From NCBI GenBank assembly GCA_963666285.1, contig OY762711.1: a DNA stretch of 64,000 nt; one strand, given 5' to 3'. Below the pieces are notes generated by a model. It was not told the DNA's origin. It ran no database searches and worked only from the letters and a program-made list of their open reading frames with translations. Made by a program: the position numbers and the translations under genes. Within the stretch, counting starts at the first letter, position 1. Every line of letters starts with the position of its first letter. This document shows, piece after piece, positions 1-10,450 of the stretch. The DNA comes from Sedimentisphaerales bacterium (GTDB taxonomy: Bacteria > Planctomycetota > Phycisphaerae > Sedimentisphaerales > SM23-30).

Positions 1-383
1 CTCATTGCCGCCACGGCATTTACTATGTTTTCCACCGCTCGCGCAGACTCGCTGAAACTGCCTCTGCCAAACCTGGTGCCGCCCAGCCGGATTAGGCCGC
101 GCCTGATCTCTGGCTGAAATGCTACCGTGGATATTACCATTACTGATACCAGGAAATATTTCATCAGAAGCTGGATACGTTCCAGTTCAAGATCGAGATT
201 GGTTGCTATTATACGCAGTACCCAGACACCCAGCAATACAACAATCAAACCGCGAAATAGTTTCTCGCCGCCGGTACCACGCAGAAATCGCATAACTGAC
301 CAGACCACAAAACCGATCAAAAGCATTTCGATCATGATCGGGCCCAGCTCGTATGTCTTTAGATATTCAAAATATTCACGCAA
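1..383 (-). CDS. cdaA: Diadenylate cyclase CdaA/DacA, N-terminal part (runs off the window edge)
   Basis: Manual translation from TTG at 383 gives MREYFEYLKTYELGPIMIEMLLIGFVVWSVMRFLRGTGGEKLFRG...VAFQPEIRRGLIRLG: three TM segments and the FQPE(L/I)RR motif. Not in the ORF track. Confidence 0.85.
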   Translation of the reverse strand, partial: MREYFEYLKTYELGPIMIEMLLIGFVVWSVMRFLRGTGGEKLFRGLIVVLLGVWVLRIIATNLDLELERIQLLMKYFLVSVMVISTVAFQPEIRRGLIRLGGTRFGRGSFSESARAVENIVNAVAAM

Positions 384-495
384 TTAATTCTTGTCTCTCG
401 TAATAAATGAATGGCTGCAAGATGCAAAGCCATAATACAAGGTCGCGTTAGCGACACCTTAACTTTTCTCTCGGTTGATTTTGGCAAAGCCGAAA

Positions 496-1251
496 TCAAT
501 CAAACTCATCTCCCCTGAACGACTGACCCAGGTAGGTCTTTCTCACCAGCTCGTTATTTACCAGCTCCTTCGGTGTTCCAGATGCCAAAACCTGGCCTTC
601 ATTAATAATGTAAGCACGGTCCACAACCTCTAGCGTACGTTCGACATTATGGTCCGTTATCAATATACTTATCCCGCGGTCCTGCAGGCTGCGGATCTCC
701 TTCTGAAGATCCTCAACTGCTATCGGGTCAACTCCGCTGAACGGTTCATCCAGCAGTATTAGTGATGGGTTTGTTACCAGCGACCTGGCAATCTCCAGCT
801 TACGCCTTTCACCGCCGCTGAGTACACGGGCCTCTGATTTGCGTACTTTTTCCAGGCTGAATTGGCTGATTAGCTCGCTGGTCTTACGGAGCCGGTCATT
901 CCTGGTCAGGCTCATTGTCTCCAATATCGCCAGCAGGTTCTGCTCTACTGTCAATCTCTGGAATACACTCGGCTCCTGCGACAAATAGCCGATCCCCATT
1001 CGTGCCCGGCGATACATTGGCAGCTTGGTAATATCATGACCTTCAAAAATGACCTTACCTTCTTCTGGTTGTACCATTCCGATTGTCATCCGAAACGAGG
1101 TCGTTTTACCGGCACCATTTCGACCAAGCAGACCAATACTCTCACGACCGTAAACTGCTAACGAAACTCCGTTTACGACCCTTCGGCCTGAATAGCTCTT
1201 TACAAGGTTCCGGGTTTCCAGCAGAACCATATCCATAGGGCACACTTCCAA
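496..1251 (-). CDS. lptB: LPS export ABC transporter ATP-binding protein
   Basis: Walker A GRNGAGKTT, YLSQEPSVFQRLTV, LSGGERRKLEIAR, DEPFSGVDP, ITDHNV. True start may be the ATG at about 1236. Confidence 0.93.
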   Translation of the reverse strand: MEVCPMDMVLLETRNLVKSYSGRRVVNGVSLAVYGRESIGLLGRNGAGKTTSFRMTIGMVQPEEGKVIFEGHDITKLPMYRRARMGIGYLSQEPSVFQRLTVEQNLLAILETMSLTRNDRLRKTSELISQFSLEKVRKSEARVLSGGERRKLEIARSLVTNPSLILLDEPFSGVDPIAVEDLQKEIRSLQDRGISILITDHNVERTLEVVDRAYIINEGQVLASGTPKELVNNELVRKTYLGQSFRGDEFD

Positions 1252-1651
1252 ACTATATAAATCGCGGACATGCTGACCCGCTTGTTTATAACTCTATTAT
1301 TTACAAACTATTACGCAATATGTTGTCTCATTTTACGCAATATGATATTTTTGTAACTCCAATCGTAAACCATTATAATTCTAACCGTAAAAACCGTCAA
1401 AGAAAATACGCAATAATATCTAACCGATAGTATATATATGGTATGTCCTAAAACCTGCTGTATCCAATATATTGATTTGGCAATCTATTACGCTATTTGA
1501 TTGTTCATAAAGCATTGATAATTATTGTGTTATGTAAAGTTGCTGACTAAGCTCAGGTTTACCTGGTTTTGACACAATACAAAAAACATACATATTTTCT
1601 ACCATTCATTTTTCTTTTTCATTTTCACTCAATCAAACTTCCCATATATGG

Positions 1652-1680
1652 TTGACATTTAGATGTATCTGTTCTATAAT
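1652..1680 (+). promoter_or_regulatory. Consensus sigma70-type promoter
   Basis: TTGACA (1652-1657), 17 bp, TATAAT (1675-1680), upstream of ORF 1732. Confidence 0.75.
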
Positions 1681-1731
1681 GCGTGTCTTGCATTTATCAC
1701 TATTTAACTGGAAGAAAAGGTAGCAACAGTT

Positions 1732-1953
1732 ATGCGTAAATTTACAAAATCGATTTTAGCATTGACTCTGGCGGTAACTGTACTCGCTCTGGCCGGTTGT
1801 GAATCTACTACTCACAGCAGCGAGCAGCAGGCCAAGAAGTATGGTCGTATCTTCGATGTCCATAAAAAGATGGCTGTTGATGATTTCGATAAATTCTTCC
1901 TGCTGGAAAGAAACTCCCGCCTGGGCAGATGGCACACCATCACTGCTGAATAA
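1732..1953 (+). CDS. Small putative lipoprotein
   Basis: Basic N-terminus, hydrophobic stretch, lipobox LAGC; upstream consensus promoter and AAGG RBS. Confidence 0.75.
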   Translation: MRKFTKSILALTLAVTVLALAGCESTTHSSEQQAKKYGRIFDVHKKMAVDDFDKFFLLERNSRLGRWHTITAE

Positions 1954-2113
1954 TCCCGCCAAAAGCACTCTCTCCTTAAAAGGTACTACCATTTACCTGT
2001 TATTGTCTGAAGTCTTCGCTTTAGCGTGAGGCAGATCGTCAAAGAGTTTATTTTGGCTTGCAGGCATTCAGACTACTTTATACACTTAGTGTATTATATA
2101 TGGTGGCACCAAT

Positions 2114-3394
2114 TTGCAACTATTGAAATGGTACAATTCATTACCCAGGCGTTCTCGGCTCAGTCTTAACCGGGAGTTTACCGCTTGTGTACCAATGGCT
2201 ATTGTCTATGGCGTTATGAGCAACAGCTTTGTCGGGCTCGTCGGTCACAAAGCTCTTGGAATGTCTGGCAATCAGGTCGCTGTTCTTCAATCTATTAGTT
2301 TTGCCGGATACGCTTTTTCTGGTATCGGCGCTTCTTATCTGCTGCGATATAGCAAACCTCTGGTTCTAAAATATATCTTCATTATTGTTAGTCTTTTATT
2401 AGCAAGTGTATATGTATCTTGCGGCAGGCCGTTCAGCTCTTATCTGTTTATCGCGCAAATGTTTCTGCTGCAAACTCTTATCGCTTCAACCGGGGTGCTT
2501 CGTTCCGCGATCTGGAGAATTAACTATCCCGACAGCCAGCGGGCAAAGATGCTCGTTTCCGTTTATCTCACTATCGGGATTATTAGCAGCCTTTCCGCGA
2601 AAGCCTATGGACGTACCATGGATATGGGCGTTTCCTACAGCTCGATTTTCCTGTTTTGTGCCGTCGCTTCTATTCTGACAGCCTGGGGGTTCGGCAGAAT
2701 AAGGGTCTCCAATGAAGTCAATGACATCATCAGATACCGGCATGAATCTAATAAAGAAAAGCAGTTTGCGAAGTTTTTCACCGGGCTCAAAGTTCTCAAA
2801 GAAGATCCTCGGTTCCGACGATTTATGTCATGGCAGTTCCTCAACGGTCTTTGCTGCCTTTCAATTGATATCGGTGCGCTGATTATAATTATACCAAAAG
2901 TGGTTGACGGCTATGAGCGGGCGACCGACATTCTCGTTACGATACACCTTATCGTATCAGCCATCGCATCGCCGCTTTGGGCCAGGTTCTTTGACAACAA
3001 AGATATTTTTACTGTGCGTACTATCGCTGCTCTATGCTGGGCTGGCAGCCGAATTGTTCTGGCCGCAGGGCTGTATTTGCTTGATATCAGAATTATTATC
3101 TTTTCACGGGTACTTTCAGGTATCAGTGCTTCGCTCGGCCAGCTTGCCTGGCGGCTCGGACATATGACTTTTGCTCCGCCCGATCGTGACGGTGAATATA
3201 TGAGCTCGCACCTTATGCTCACCGGCATCCGCGGCATGCTCGCGCCCCTTATTGGAATCTTCCTGCTCAAATTCTCTTGGGCCGGACCCAACGGCTCTGG
3301 GCTGGTATTGCTCTCCGCCGCCGGGCTGATGCTCTCGGCATTCGCTTTCCACCGTATGAAGCACGACTATCCCGACCTCGCCGCTAAAAAATGA
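2114..3394 (+). CDS. MFS-type transporter
   Basis: 426 aa with about 12 hydrophobic segments and a central hydrophilic loop. Confidence 0.75.
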   Translation: MQLLKWYNSLPRRSRLSLNREFTACVPMAIVYGVMSNSFVGLVGHKALGMSGNQVAVLQSISFAGYAFSGIGASYLLRYSKPLVLKYIFIIVSLLLASVYVSCGRPFSSYLFIAQMFLLQTLIASTGVLRSAIWRINYPDSQRAKMLVSVYLTIGIISSLSAKAYGRTMDMGVSYSSIFLFCAVASILTAWGFGRIRVSNEVNDIIRYRHESNKEKQFAKFFTGLKVLKEDPRFRRFMSWQFLNGLCCLSIDIGALIIIIPKVVDGYERATDILVTIHLIVSAIASPLWARFFDNKDIFTVRTIAALCWAGSRIVLAAGLYLLDIRIIIFSRVLSGISASLGQLAWRLGHMTFAPPDRDGEYMSSHLMLTGIRGMLAPLIGIFLLKFSWAGPNGSGLVLLSAAGLMLSAFAFHRMKHDYPDLAAKK

Positions 3395-3573
3395 TACTGG
3401 CTATCTTCTCACCAGTTGATACAATATCATTCTGACAAAAACATAAGTGCGAAACCACACTATTAGTGAATGCGATTAATATTAAATCTGTGGATAAGTA
3501 AGTATAAAATAAGTTTCGGCGTAGCCGTTACCTTTCCTTATGCCTTATCCCATATCCCTTATGCCTGATTTAT

Positions 3574-4155
3574 ATGCGTATCATAGCCGGAAAAAAAGCT
3601 CGTTATAAACTTATCTCGCCCAAGGATAAAACTACGCGCCCCATACCAGACATGGTAAAGGAGGCTCTGTTCTCTATCCTGGGTAAAGAGATCGAAAACA
3701 AAACCGTTGCCGACCTTTTCAGTGGCACAGGCTCCATCGGGCTAGAGGCCGTCAGTCGCGGCGCCGCTCATGCCGTATTCGTCGATATGGACCGCGAAGC
3801 TGTCATTCGCCTCAAGCAGAACATTGACAAGCTGGAGTTCCATAACGAAAGCACCGTAGTCTCTGCCGATATCTTTAAGTTCGGGCTGCCCAACGACCGG
3901 TTCTCCGGCGGCCATTCCGATTATGATATTGTCTTCTGTGATCCGCCGTTCCCGCTCGCCCGTGAAACCGACGAACAGTCTAAGCTCGGCAAACTCATGG
4001 CAAAGATCAACAAACAGGTCAAGCCAGGCGCAACAGTTATCGTACGCAACGAAAAAAAATTCCCCATGCTTGATACCTACGCCGATCTCAAAATATACGA
4101 CCGACGCACCTACGGCATAATGACCCTCAACTTCTACAAAAAAGAAAATGAATAA
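3574..4155 (+). CDS. rsmD: 16S rRNA m2G966 methyltransferase
   Basis: MRIIAG, TRP, DLFSGTGSIGLEAVSRGA, DIVFCDPPF. Confidence 0.93.
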   Translation: MRIIAGKKARYKLISPKDKTTRPIPDMVKEALFSILGKEIENKTVADLFSGTGSIGLEAVSRGAAHAVFVDMDREAVIRLKQNIDKLEFHNESTVVSADIFKFGLPNDRFSGGHSDYDIVFCDPPFPLARETDEQSKLGKLMAKINKQVKPGATVIVRNEKKFPMLDTYADLKIYDRRTYGIMTLNFYKKENE

Positions 4156-4588
4156 TGCTAAAACAAAAGCTTGTTATACCATTCTTATATTAATAGCATT
4201 AATTACGATTTGTAATTTTGTTAGTGGTTGGTTTTATTGGGGTATTGACATTTTCTACAGTATTAAAAATGATAAGATTTCTTGCATAAGTAGGATCGAA
4301 AATGTAATTGTTTTGCTAGTTAATATTATATTGGTTACGTTGTTTTTTACTGCAATTTCTTTTGCGTTTAAGAAAAAAGTGAAATGTTTTGGTGTGTTTG
4401 CCATAGCATTTATAGCGTCAATATTTTTATTTATTATAGAAATCAATTTTATGGAACCGCAATACAGAAACCCTGTAACTCACATTGGAAATCAATATTA
4501 TGATATGACAGTTGGATACAGAAAATATTATTACAACTGGCTTTGGTATAATGAAACAGAATTAATTTGGAAAGAAAATATAAACTAA
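4148..4588 (+). CDS. Hypothetical membrane protein (low GC)
   Basis: 146 aa, three hydrophobic segments, overlaps the rsmD stop. Confidence 0.6.
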   Translation: MNNAKTKACYTILILIALITICNFVSGWFYWGIDIFYSIKNDKISCISRIENVIVLLVNIILVTLFFTAISFAFKKKVKCFGVFAIAFIASIFLFIIEINFMEPQYRNPVTHIGNQYYDMTVGYRKYYYNWLWYNETELIWKENIN

Positions 4589-4599
4589 ATTCAAAATTT

Positions 4600-4630
4600 A
4601 TTCGTGAAAATTCGTGTCCATTCGTGGTTG
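4600..4630 (+). repeat. Decamer tandem repeat (ATTCGTGNNN)x3
   Basis: ttcgtgaaaa ttcgtgtcca ttcgtggttg. Confidence 0.8.
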
Positions 4631-4752
4631 AATTTTCTTCATGACCTTCATGGTATAAATACTTTTTTTGTGGTTTTATTTTCCCTCGCCGCAGGCGATA
4701 TAAATTAGCTTGCGAAGACCTTAACTTATATCTTATTACTTGTTACTTATTA

Positions 4753-6087
4753 CTGAACTTTTGCAAAATTAAAAAATTAACGTTAAAATGTGGTATAGAC
4801 CGATAAAATTTGATAGCAGAGCACTCCGAAAACCCAGAAAGGATTTTGGTATGCCAGCTATAGTACAATACCCTACAGTAGTCCAGCAAGCTGTCGATGA
4901 ATTTGGCGATCATTTTCAAAATGAGCCTGAACGTCGTCATTTTGCTGAGTATATCACCGGTCTTATCATTGCCCGCAAGAAAAACGTCTCTGCCATCAAC
5001 AGGGAATTTGCATTTGCCTCTGATCAATCCTGTCTCAACCGGTTTCTCACCGATGTTGAATGGGACGAAGAATCGCTTAACACTGCCAGACTGGAGTGGC
5101 TGCAGAAAGACCCTAAAACCAGATATAGCGATTCTGGGGTTATTGCCCTTGATAATGTTCTGATAGACCATAGTGGTAAACATATTGAGGATGTAGGATA
5201 TTTCTGGGATCATGCAGATCAACGTAATAAAATAGCCCATGATTACCTGATAGCCAATTATGTCTGTAATTCCGGGAAACATTATCCTTTGGAGTTTTAC
5301 AGATTTGTCAAAAAAGAAGATTGTCTGGAACGGGGCATTGAATTTCAGGATCATAATATCCTTTTCCGCAATCTGGTTGACTGGACTGTAGCTAACGATA
5401 TTCCCGGTGACTTTACCTTCGATAGCTGGTTTACCCATAGCGACAACCTTAACCATATAAACCAGTATGAACGTAATTATGTTGGTGATTTGAAAACAAA
5501 TCGTAAGACTATATTTCAGGGCAAAGTAATAAAGGCTGAAGAAGTAGCCAAATCTATTGACCCTGAAATCAAAAAACTCATAACTATTGGCAAGCATCGC
5601 CAATATTACTTTACTAAAAGTATCAGGATTCCTGGTGTAGACCACAAAGTACGTATCCTGATTATCTGGCATAAAAAGAATGATATTGAACCTAAAAAGA
5701 TTCTGGTTTGCAATCGATGCAACTGGGAAGCGATTCGTATCCTGAAGGTCTATCGCTGCCGCTGGCAAGGCACAGAGTGCTTTCATCGAGACGGCAAGCA
5801 GTATTTGGGCATGGGCGACTGTCAGCTTAGAAGCGGCCTGGGTCAGACAAGACACATGTACATGGTGTTTCTGGCGTATAGCGTACTTTTGACTCAAATG
5901 CAGCAGAACCGTGTGTGTGAATGGGCACGAGAACGCCTGACGACCATAGGACAATCTTGTATGGCAGTTATGCGAGAAACTCTCAGCAATACAATCGCTT
6001 GGGTGGTTGATCAAATCGAATCCAACGGAACAAGTTTTAAACGTATTAAAGTACAATTAGCTTTACCCTAATTTTGCAAAAGTTCAG
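4753..6087 (+). mobile_element. IS701-family insertion sequence
   Basis: Perfect 19-bp terminal IRs CTGAACTTTTGCAAAATTA (4753-4771 and 6069-6087); 6-bp flanking direct repeat TTATTA (4747-4752, 6088-6093). Confidence 0.9.
4851..6071 (+). CDS. DDE transposase (IS701-like)
   Basis: VIALDNVLIDHSGKHIEDVG, FTFDSWF, YRCRWQGTECFHRDGKQYLGMGDCQLR. Likely start is ATG 4851; the ORF track starts at 4788. Confidence 0.88.
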   Translation: MPAIVQYPTVVQQAVDEFGDHFQNEPERRHFAEYITGLIIARKKNVSAINREFAFASDQSCLNRFLTDVEWDEESLNTARLEWLQKDPKTRYSDSGVIALDNVLIDHSGKHIEDVGYFWDHADQRNKIAHDYLIANYVCNSGKHYPLEFYRFVKKEDCLERGIEFQDHNILFRNLVDWTVANDIPGDFTFDSWFTHSDNLNHINQYERNYVGDLKTNRKTIFQGKVIKAEEVAKSIDPEIKKLITIGKHRQYYFTKSIRIPGVDHKVRILIIWHKKNDIEPKKILVCNRCNWEAIRILKVYRCRWQGTECFHRDGKQYLGMGDCQLRSGLGQTRHMYMVFLAYSVLLTQMQQNRVCEWARERLTTIGQSCMAVMRETLSNTIAWVVDQIESNGTSFKRIKVQLALP

Positions 6088-6100
6088 TTATTACTTTCTT

Positions 6101-7303
6101 ATGACAATCGAAAACAAAAAAGCAGCACTCAAAGTCATTACGACCCTCCATCAGGCAGGCCATCAGGCACTGCTCGCCGGCGGTTGTGTACGCGATATGC
6201 TGCTCAATATAGACGCCAACGACTACGATGTCGCTACCAGCGCCCATCCCGACCAGGTCGCCAAATTGTTCCGCAAAACTCTTATGGTAGGGGCCCAGTT
6301 CGGCGTTGTCGTCATCATCCTCAACAAACAGCAGATCGAAGTTGCCACCTTCCGCAACGATGGCGGCTATGCCGATGGCCGCCGCCCTGACTCAGTACAC
6401 TTTACCAACGCCGAAGAAGATGCACAACGCCGCGACTTCACCATCAACGGCATGTTCTACGACCCAATCGAAGATAAAGTCATCGATTACGTCAATGGTC
6501 AGCCGGACCTCGCCGCCGGTATCATCCGTGCCATCGGCAACCCCGTCGAACGTTTCACTGAAGACCATCTGCGTATGCTGCGCGCTGTCCGGTTCGCTGC
6601 CCGGTTCGATTACCAGATCGAGCCCGACACTTTCAACGCTATCTGTGACCATGCCGAAAAGATCAAAAAGATCTCTGCCGAACGCATCGCCGCCGAGCTC
6701 GAAAAAATTCTTACCCACCCCAACCGCCTGCTAGGCATGCAGATGACCCAGTCTTCCGGCATGCTCGACCATATTATACCATACGACCAGACCAAACTAA
6801 CCGACGGCATAAACCTGCTCAATGAACTCCCCAAAGCCGACTTTGCCCTCGCTCTTGCCGCGGTACTTATCAACCTCGACGCGAAAGCCGTCCAAAACAT
6901 ATGCCGCGACCTGAAACTCAGTAACGATGTCCGCAAAAAAACCGCATGGCTGCTCATCAGCCTGCCCGAACTGCTCGATGCTCTGCCGCTCACTAAAGGC
7001 AACCTCAAACTCTGGCTCGCAAACGAATATTTCGACGATCTGCTGACCCTCGTCTATGCTCGCACCTGCCAGACCGGCCGACCAACCGATCCGCTCGATC
7101 GGCTCGCCCAACAGATCACCGACCTCGGTGATGAGGAGATCACACCAGTCCCGCTGCTCGACGGCAATGAGCTCATGGCTCTTGGCATCCCCCAGGGCCC
7201 ACTGCTTGGCAAAGCTGTCGCCCAAACCTACCTCGCCCAGCTCGAAGGTCAAATCACCACAAAAGCTTCCGCTACCGAATGGGTTAAATGCAATTTGATA
7301 TAA
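6101..7303 (+). CDS. cca: CCA tRNA nucleotidyltransferase / poly(A) polymerase family
   Basis: GGCVRDMLL, DYDVAT, EVATFR, RRDFTING, EDHLRMLRAVRF. The ORF-track start at 6074 lies inside the IS end, so the real start is ATG 6101. Confidence 0.9.
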   Translation: MTIENKKAALKVITTLHQAGHQALLAGGCVRDMLLNIDANDYDVATSAHPDQVAKLFRKTLMVGAQFGVVVIILNKQQIEVATFRNDGGYADGRRPDSVHFTNAEEDAQRRDFTINGMFYDPIEDKVIDYVNGQPDLAAGIIRAIGNPVERFTEDHLRMLRAVRFAARFDYQIEPDTFNAICDHAEKIKKISAERIAAELEKILTHPNRLLGMQMTQSSGMLDHIIPYDQTKLTDGINLLNELPKADFALALAAVLINLDAKAVQNICRDLKLSNDVRKKTAWLLISLPELLDALPLTKGNLKLWLANEYFDDLLTLVYARTCQTGRPTDPLDRLAQQITDLGDEEITPVPLLDGNELMALGIPQGPLLGKAVAQTYLAQLEGQITTKASATEWVKCNLI

Positions 7304-7408
7304 GTCTTTTATTAATAATTATTTACCAGTTATTGTTGCTTTTTATGCACATTTGTCCGAAAATAATGCTAATCCGTTATTACGGAGGTGGATGGCCATG
7401 TGCTATTG

Positions 7409-7432
7409 AAGCCCCAATTTGGGGCTTTTTTT
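7409..7432 (+). terminator. Intrinsic terminator after cca
   Basis: AAGCCCC-AATTT-GGGGCTT followed by a T run. Confidence 0.7.
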
Positions 7433-7553
7433 ATGGGAAATTGAAATTAATTATGTTTTTGGGAGAAAAAATCTCTTAAAGTTTGTGTTTATTGTCTACG
7501 ATTGCTATAATATTGCAAGCTAATGAGTTATTTTCTCTTAAATTGGAGTAGTT

Positions 7554-8882
7554 ATGTTACTGAGTTTTACAGTTGAAAACTGGATGTCATTTAAAGAGCG
7601 GGCTTCATTTTCCATGGTTGCGACTCGTGAGAAGCAACATGGTGAAAGAGTTCCTTTTGTCAATAAGTATAAAACTAAAATATTACCTGTCGCTGCAATA
7701 TATGGTGGTAATGCTTCTGGTAAAACCAATTTTTTTAAAGCATTAAATTTTATTAAAAATATGGTTATTGACGTTAGGAAACCTGACAGTACTATTCCTG
7801 TCGAGCAATACCGCTTAGATAAAAAATGTTTATCTGTTCCTTCTTCTTTTGTGGTTGTGATTCTAGTCGATAATGAAATATATGAGTTTGCTTTTTCTTT
7901 AACAAAGACTTCGATTATTGAGGAAAAACTTGTACATATTAAAAGTGCAAGTGAAAAAGTATTGTATCATCGCAGAGGAAATAAAATTAATTTCACTGAA
8001 CCATTAACTAAAAACGATAGGCTTAAATTTGTGTTTGAAGGTACAAGGGATAATCAACTTTTTCTTTCAAACTCAATTATGCAAAAAATTGATATCTTTA
8101 AACCGGTATATGATTGGTTCAATGATAGACTTGAATTGATTGCGCCCGATACTCGTTTTGCATCATTTGAATATTTTTTTGATAGTGATAATCCTTTGTA
8201 CAATACAATGAATGAAATGTTGCCATTGCTTGATACCGGTATTTCTTTTTTGGGTGGCGAAGAAATTCCAATTGAAAATATATCGTTTCCTGATGAAATA
8301 AATAATGACATATTAGCGGATATTAAAGAGGGCATGTCAGCAAGAATAATTGATGTTAATAATAATGACCGCTTTATTGTTTCCAGAAAAGATGATAATC
8401 TGATTATAAAAAAAATGATTACAAAACATTCTACAATTGACGGAACTGATATAAAATTTGATATGAAACAAGAGTCTGATGGTTCGCAAAGGATTATAGA
8501 TCTACTACCAGCTTTTTTGAATATTTCTGACTCTAAATCACAAAAAGTATTTGTAATTGATGAACTTGATAGAAGTTTGCATACTTTATTGACAAGTAGG
8601 ATCTTGAATGCATACTTGGACAGTTGTTCCACGGAAAGCCGTTCTCAGTTATTATTTACTACTCATGACGTTCTACTTATGAATCAAGACCTGTTTAGGC
8701 GGGACGAAATGTGGGTAACTGAAAGAAATAGGCATGGAGCTTCAAAGCTTTGTTGTTTTAGTGAATACAAAGATGTTAGAAATGACAAAGATATTCGCAA
8801 AAGCTATCTTCAGGGAAGACTTGGCGGTATCCCTAAAATACTATTTAGTGGCAATCAACTATCGCTGAAAGGTGGTGGCTGA
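7554..8882 (+). CDS. AAA_21-type ABC-like ATPase (RloA/AbiLi-like)
   Basis: [65 protein letters not shown]; low GC. Confidence 0.85.
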   Translation: MLLSFTVENWMSFKERASFSMVATREKQHGERVPFVNKYKTKILPVAAIYGGNASGKTNFFKALNFIKNMVIDVRKPDSTIPVEQYRLDKKCLSVPSSFVVVILVDNEIYEFAFSLTKTSIIEEKLVHIKSASEKVLYHRRGNKINFTEPLTKNDRLKFVFEGTRDNQLFLSNSIMQKIDIFKPVYDWFNDRLELIAPDTRFASFEYFFDSDNPLYNTMNEMLPLLDTGISFLGGEEIPIENISFPDEINNDILADIKEGMSARIIDVNNNDRFIVSRKDDNLIIKKMITKHSTIDGTDIKFDMKQESDGSQRIIDLLPAFLNISDSKSQKVFVIDELDRSLHTLLTSRILNAYLDSCSTESRSQLLFTTHDVLLMNQDLFRRDEMWVTERNRHGASKLCCFSEYKDVRNDKDIRKSYLQGRLGGIPKILFSGNQLSLKGGG

Positions 8883-9475
8883 TGGTGAAAAATAGAAGAA
8901 GTCTCACTAGGCCGCAAGGTCAACGCCGCTATAAAAGGATGTACATTCTTGCCGTAGAAGGGGCTGTTACTGAAATTCAATATTTCAACATCCTCAATAA
9001 TGAAAATATTGTAGTTCATATTCATTGTTTAAGAGGTAATCATAAAAGTGCTCCAAAAAATGTCTTAGAAAGAATGGAAAAATATCTTAATATTAACGAA
9101 CTGAATGATAATGATCAGGCGTGGCTTGTTGTTGATAAGGATCAGTGGACTGACGGACAGTTAAATGAATTGTTTCAATGGTCACAACAAAAAGATAATT
9201 ACGGTTTTGCACTTAGTAATCCTAAATTTGAATATTGGCTTTTATTGCATTTTGAAGATGGGAATGGTGTTTCTAATTCAAGGCAGTGTACAGATAAGTT
9301 AAAACTCCATCTACCTGATTACCAAAAGCATATAAATCCACGAGAATTTACTATTGATAAAATTAAGCGTGCAATTCAAAGAGCAAAAATAAAGGATAAT
9401 CCTCCTTGTTCTGATTGGCCCCGTTCAACGGGAACCACTGTTTATCGTCTGGTGGAGCAAATTATGAAGTGTTGA
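8882..9475 (+). CDS. RloB-like (AbiLii-like) protein
   Basis: LAVEGAVTEIQYF, WLVVDKD, SNPKFEYWLLLHF; translationally coupled to the ATPase. Confidence 0.85.
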   Translation: MVKNRRSLTRPQGQRRYKRMYILAVEGAVTEIQYFNILNNENIVVHIHCLRGNHKSAPKNVLERMEKYLNINELNDNDQAWLVVDKDQWTDGQLNELFQWSQQKDNYGFALSNPKFEYWLLLHFEDGNGVSNSRQCTDKLKLHLPDYQKHINPREFTIDKIKRAIQRAKIKDNPPCSDWPRSTGTTVYRLVEQIMKC

Positions 9476-9844
9476 ATAACAAATTTTCTAATTGTAAAAG
9501 TTGTTGGTCAAATCACCACCAAAACCGATGCCGCAAACTGGGTTAAACAAAATATTTTATAATTTTGCTCGATCTCCCATCATATCCGGCATAACCGTTA
9601 CAATTGAAATAGCTTTAATATTACATAATACTATATCCTTTAGTAGGTGGTGTAACTTTCTATTTACCAAGGGTATATGTGTTTTAACCTTGTCGCTTGA
9701 AATGATTATTATTTGACATTTACGTCAACTTAAAAACTAGGTTGCTTCTACAACATCTAAACTTCTTACTTTTCACTATTAGTTATTCACTTAAAATTCC
9801 TCTTACTTGCTGTTTAAACCCTTTTCATATATAATGTTTCGACT

Positions 9845-10300
9845 ATGAATAATGAATTTAACAAAGAAAAAGAACAGACCGCTGATTGGAAGCACGACCC
9901 CGCGGCCAGCAAGCAGCTTGCCATCGACATGGCTCGTATCGCGCATGACAGCCGTTGCACCGACATTGTGGTACTAGACCTCAACGGCCGCAGCCCGGTA
10001 GCACGATATTTCGTCATCGCAACCGGTACCAGTACCCAACAGGTAAGGGCCGTTGCCGACGAGATCGAAATCGCCGGCAAGCATTCCGGCAACAAGGCAT
10101 ACGGCAACGCTGGTCTCCAGGAAGGGCGATGGGCTATCATCGATTTCGTTGATGTCATCGTTCACATTTTCGACGATGAATTTCGTCATTTCTATGATCT
10201 CGAAATGCTTTGGGGCGATGCTCCCAAAGTTGAATGGCAGCGTGAGGGCGATGATGATACTCCCCATTCCGGATTTGGTCCCGGCGTCGAAATCCATTAG
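9845..10300 (+). CDS. rsfS: Ribosome silencing factor
   Basis: DIVVLDL, YFVIATGTS, WAIIDFVDVIVHIF, FYDLEMLWGD. Confidence 0.92.
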   Translation: MNNEFNKEKEQTADWKHDPAASKQLAIDMARIAHDSRCTDIVVLDLNGRSPVARYFVIATGTSTQQVRAVADEIEIAGKHSGNKAYGNAGLQEGRWAIIDFVDVIVHIFDDEFRHFYDLEMLWGDAPKVEWQREGDDDTPHSGFGPGVEIH

Positions 10301-10450
10301 TAGTTTATTATGTAAAAGGTGTCTGCTTTATCATTTTTATAACTTTGGTGCTGGCTTTAAAATAGGGTCGCGCAGCGACACCTTCCCTAATACCAAAACC
10401 TGGTACCTGATACCTTCAAGCTGACTCAAGGTCTGTTTGAGCAATTAATT

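Noticed and set aside
127..387. 86-aa + strand ORF
   Set aside because: Antisense to the well-supported cdaA frame.
3489..3497. DnaA box TGTGGATAA (another at 41123-41131)
   Set aside because: Isolated boxes, no cluster and no dnaA/dnaN; insufficient to call oriC.
4743..6056. 437-aa ORF antisense to the IS701 transposase
   Set aside because: Shadow frame with no recognisable motifs; the + strand has clear DDE features.
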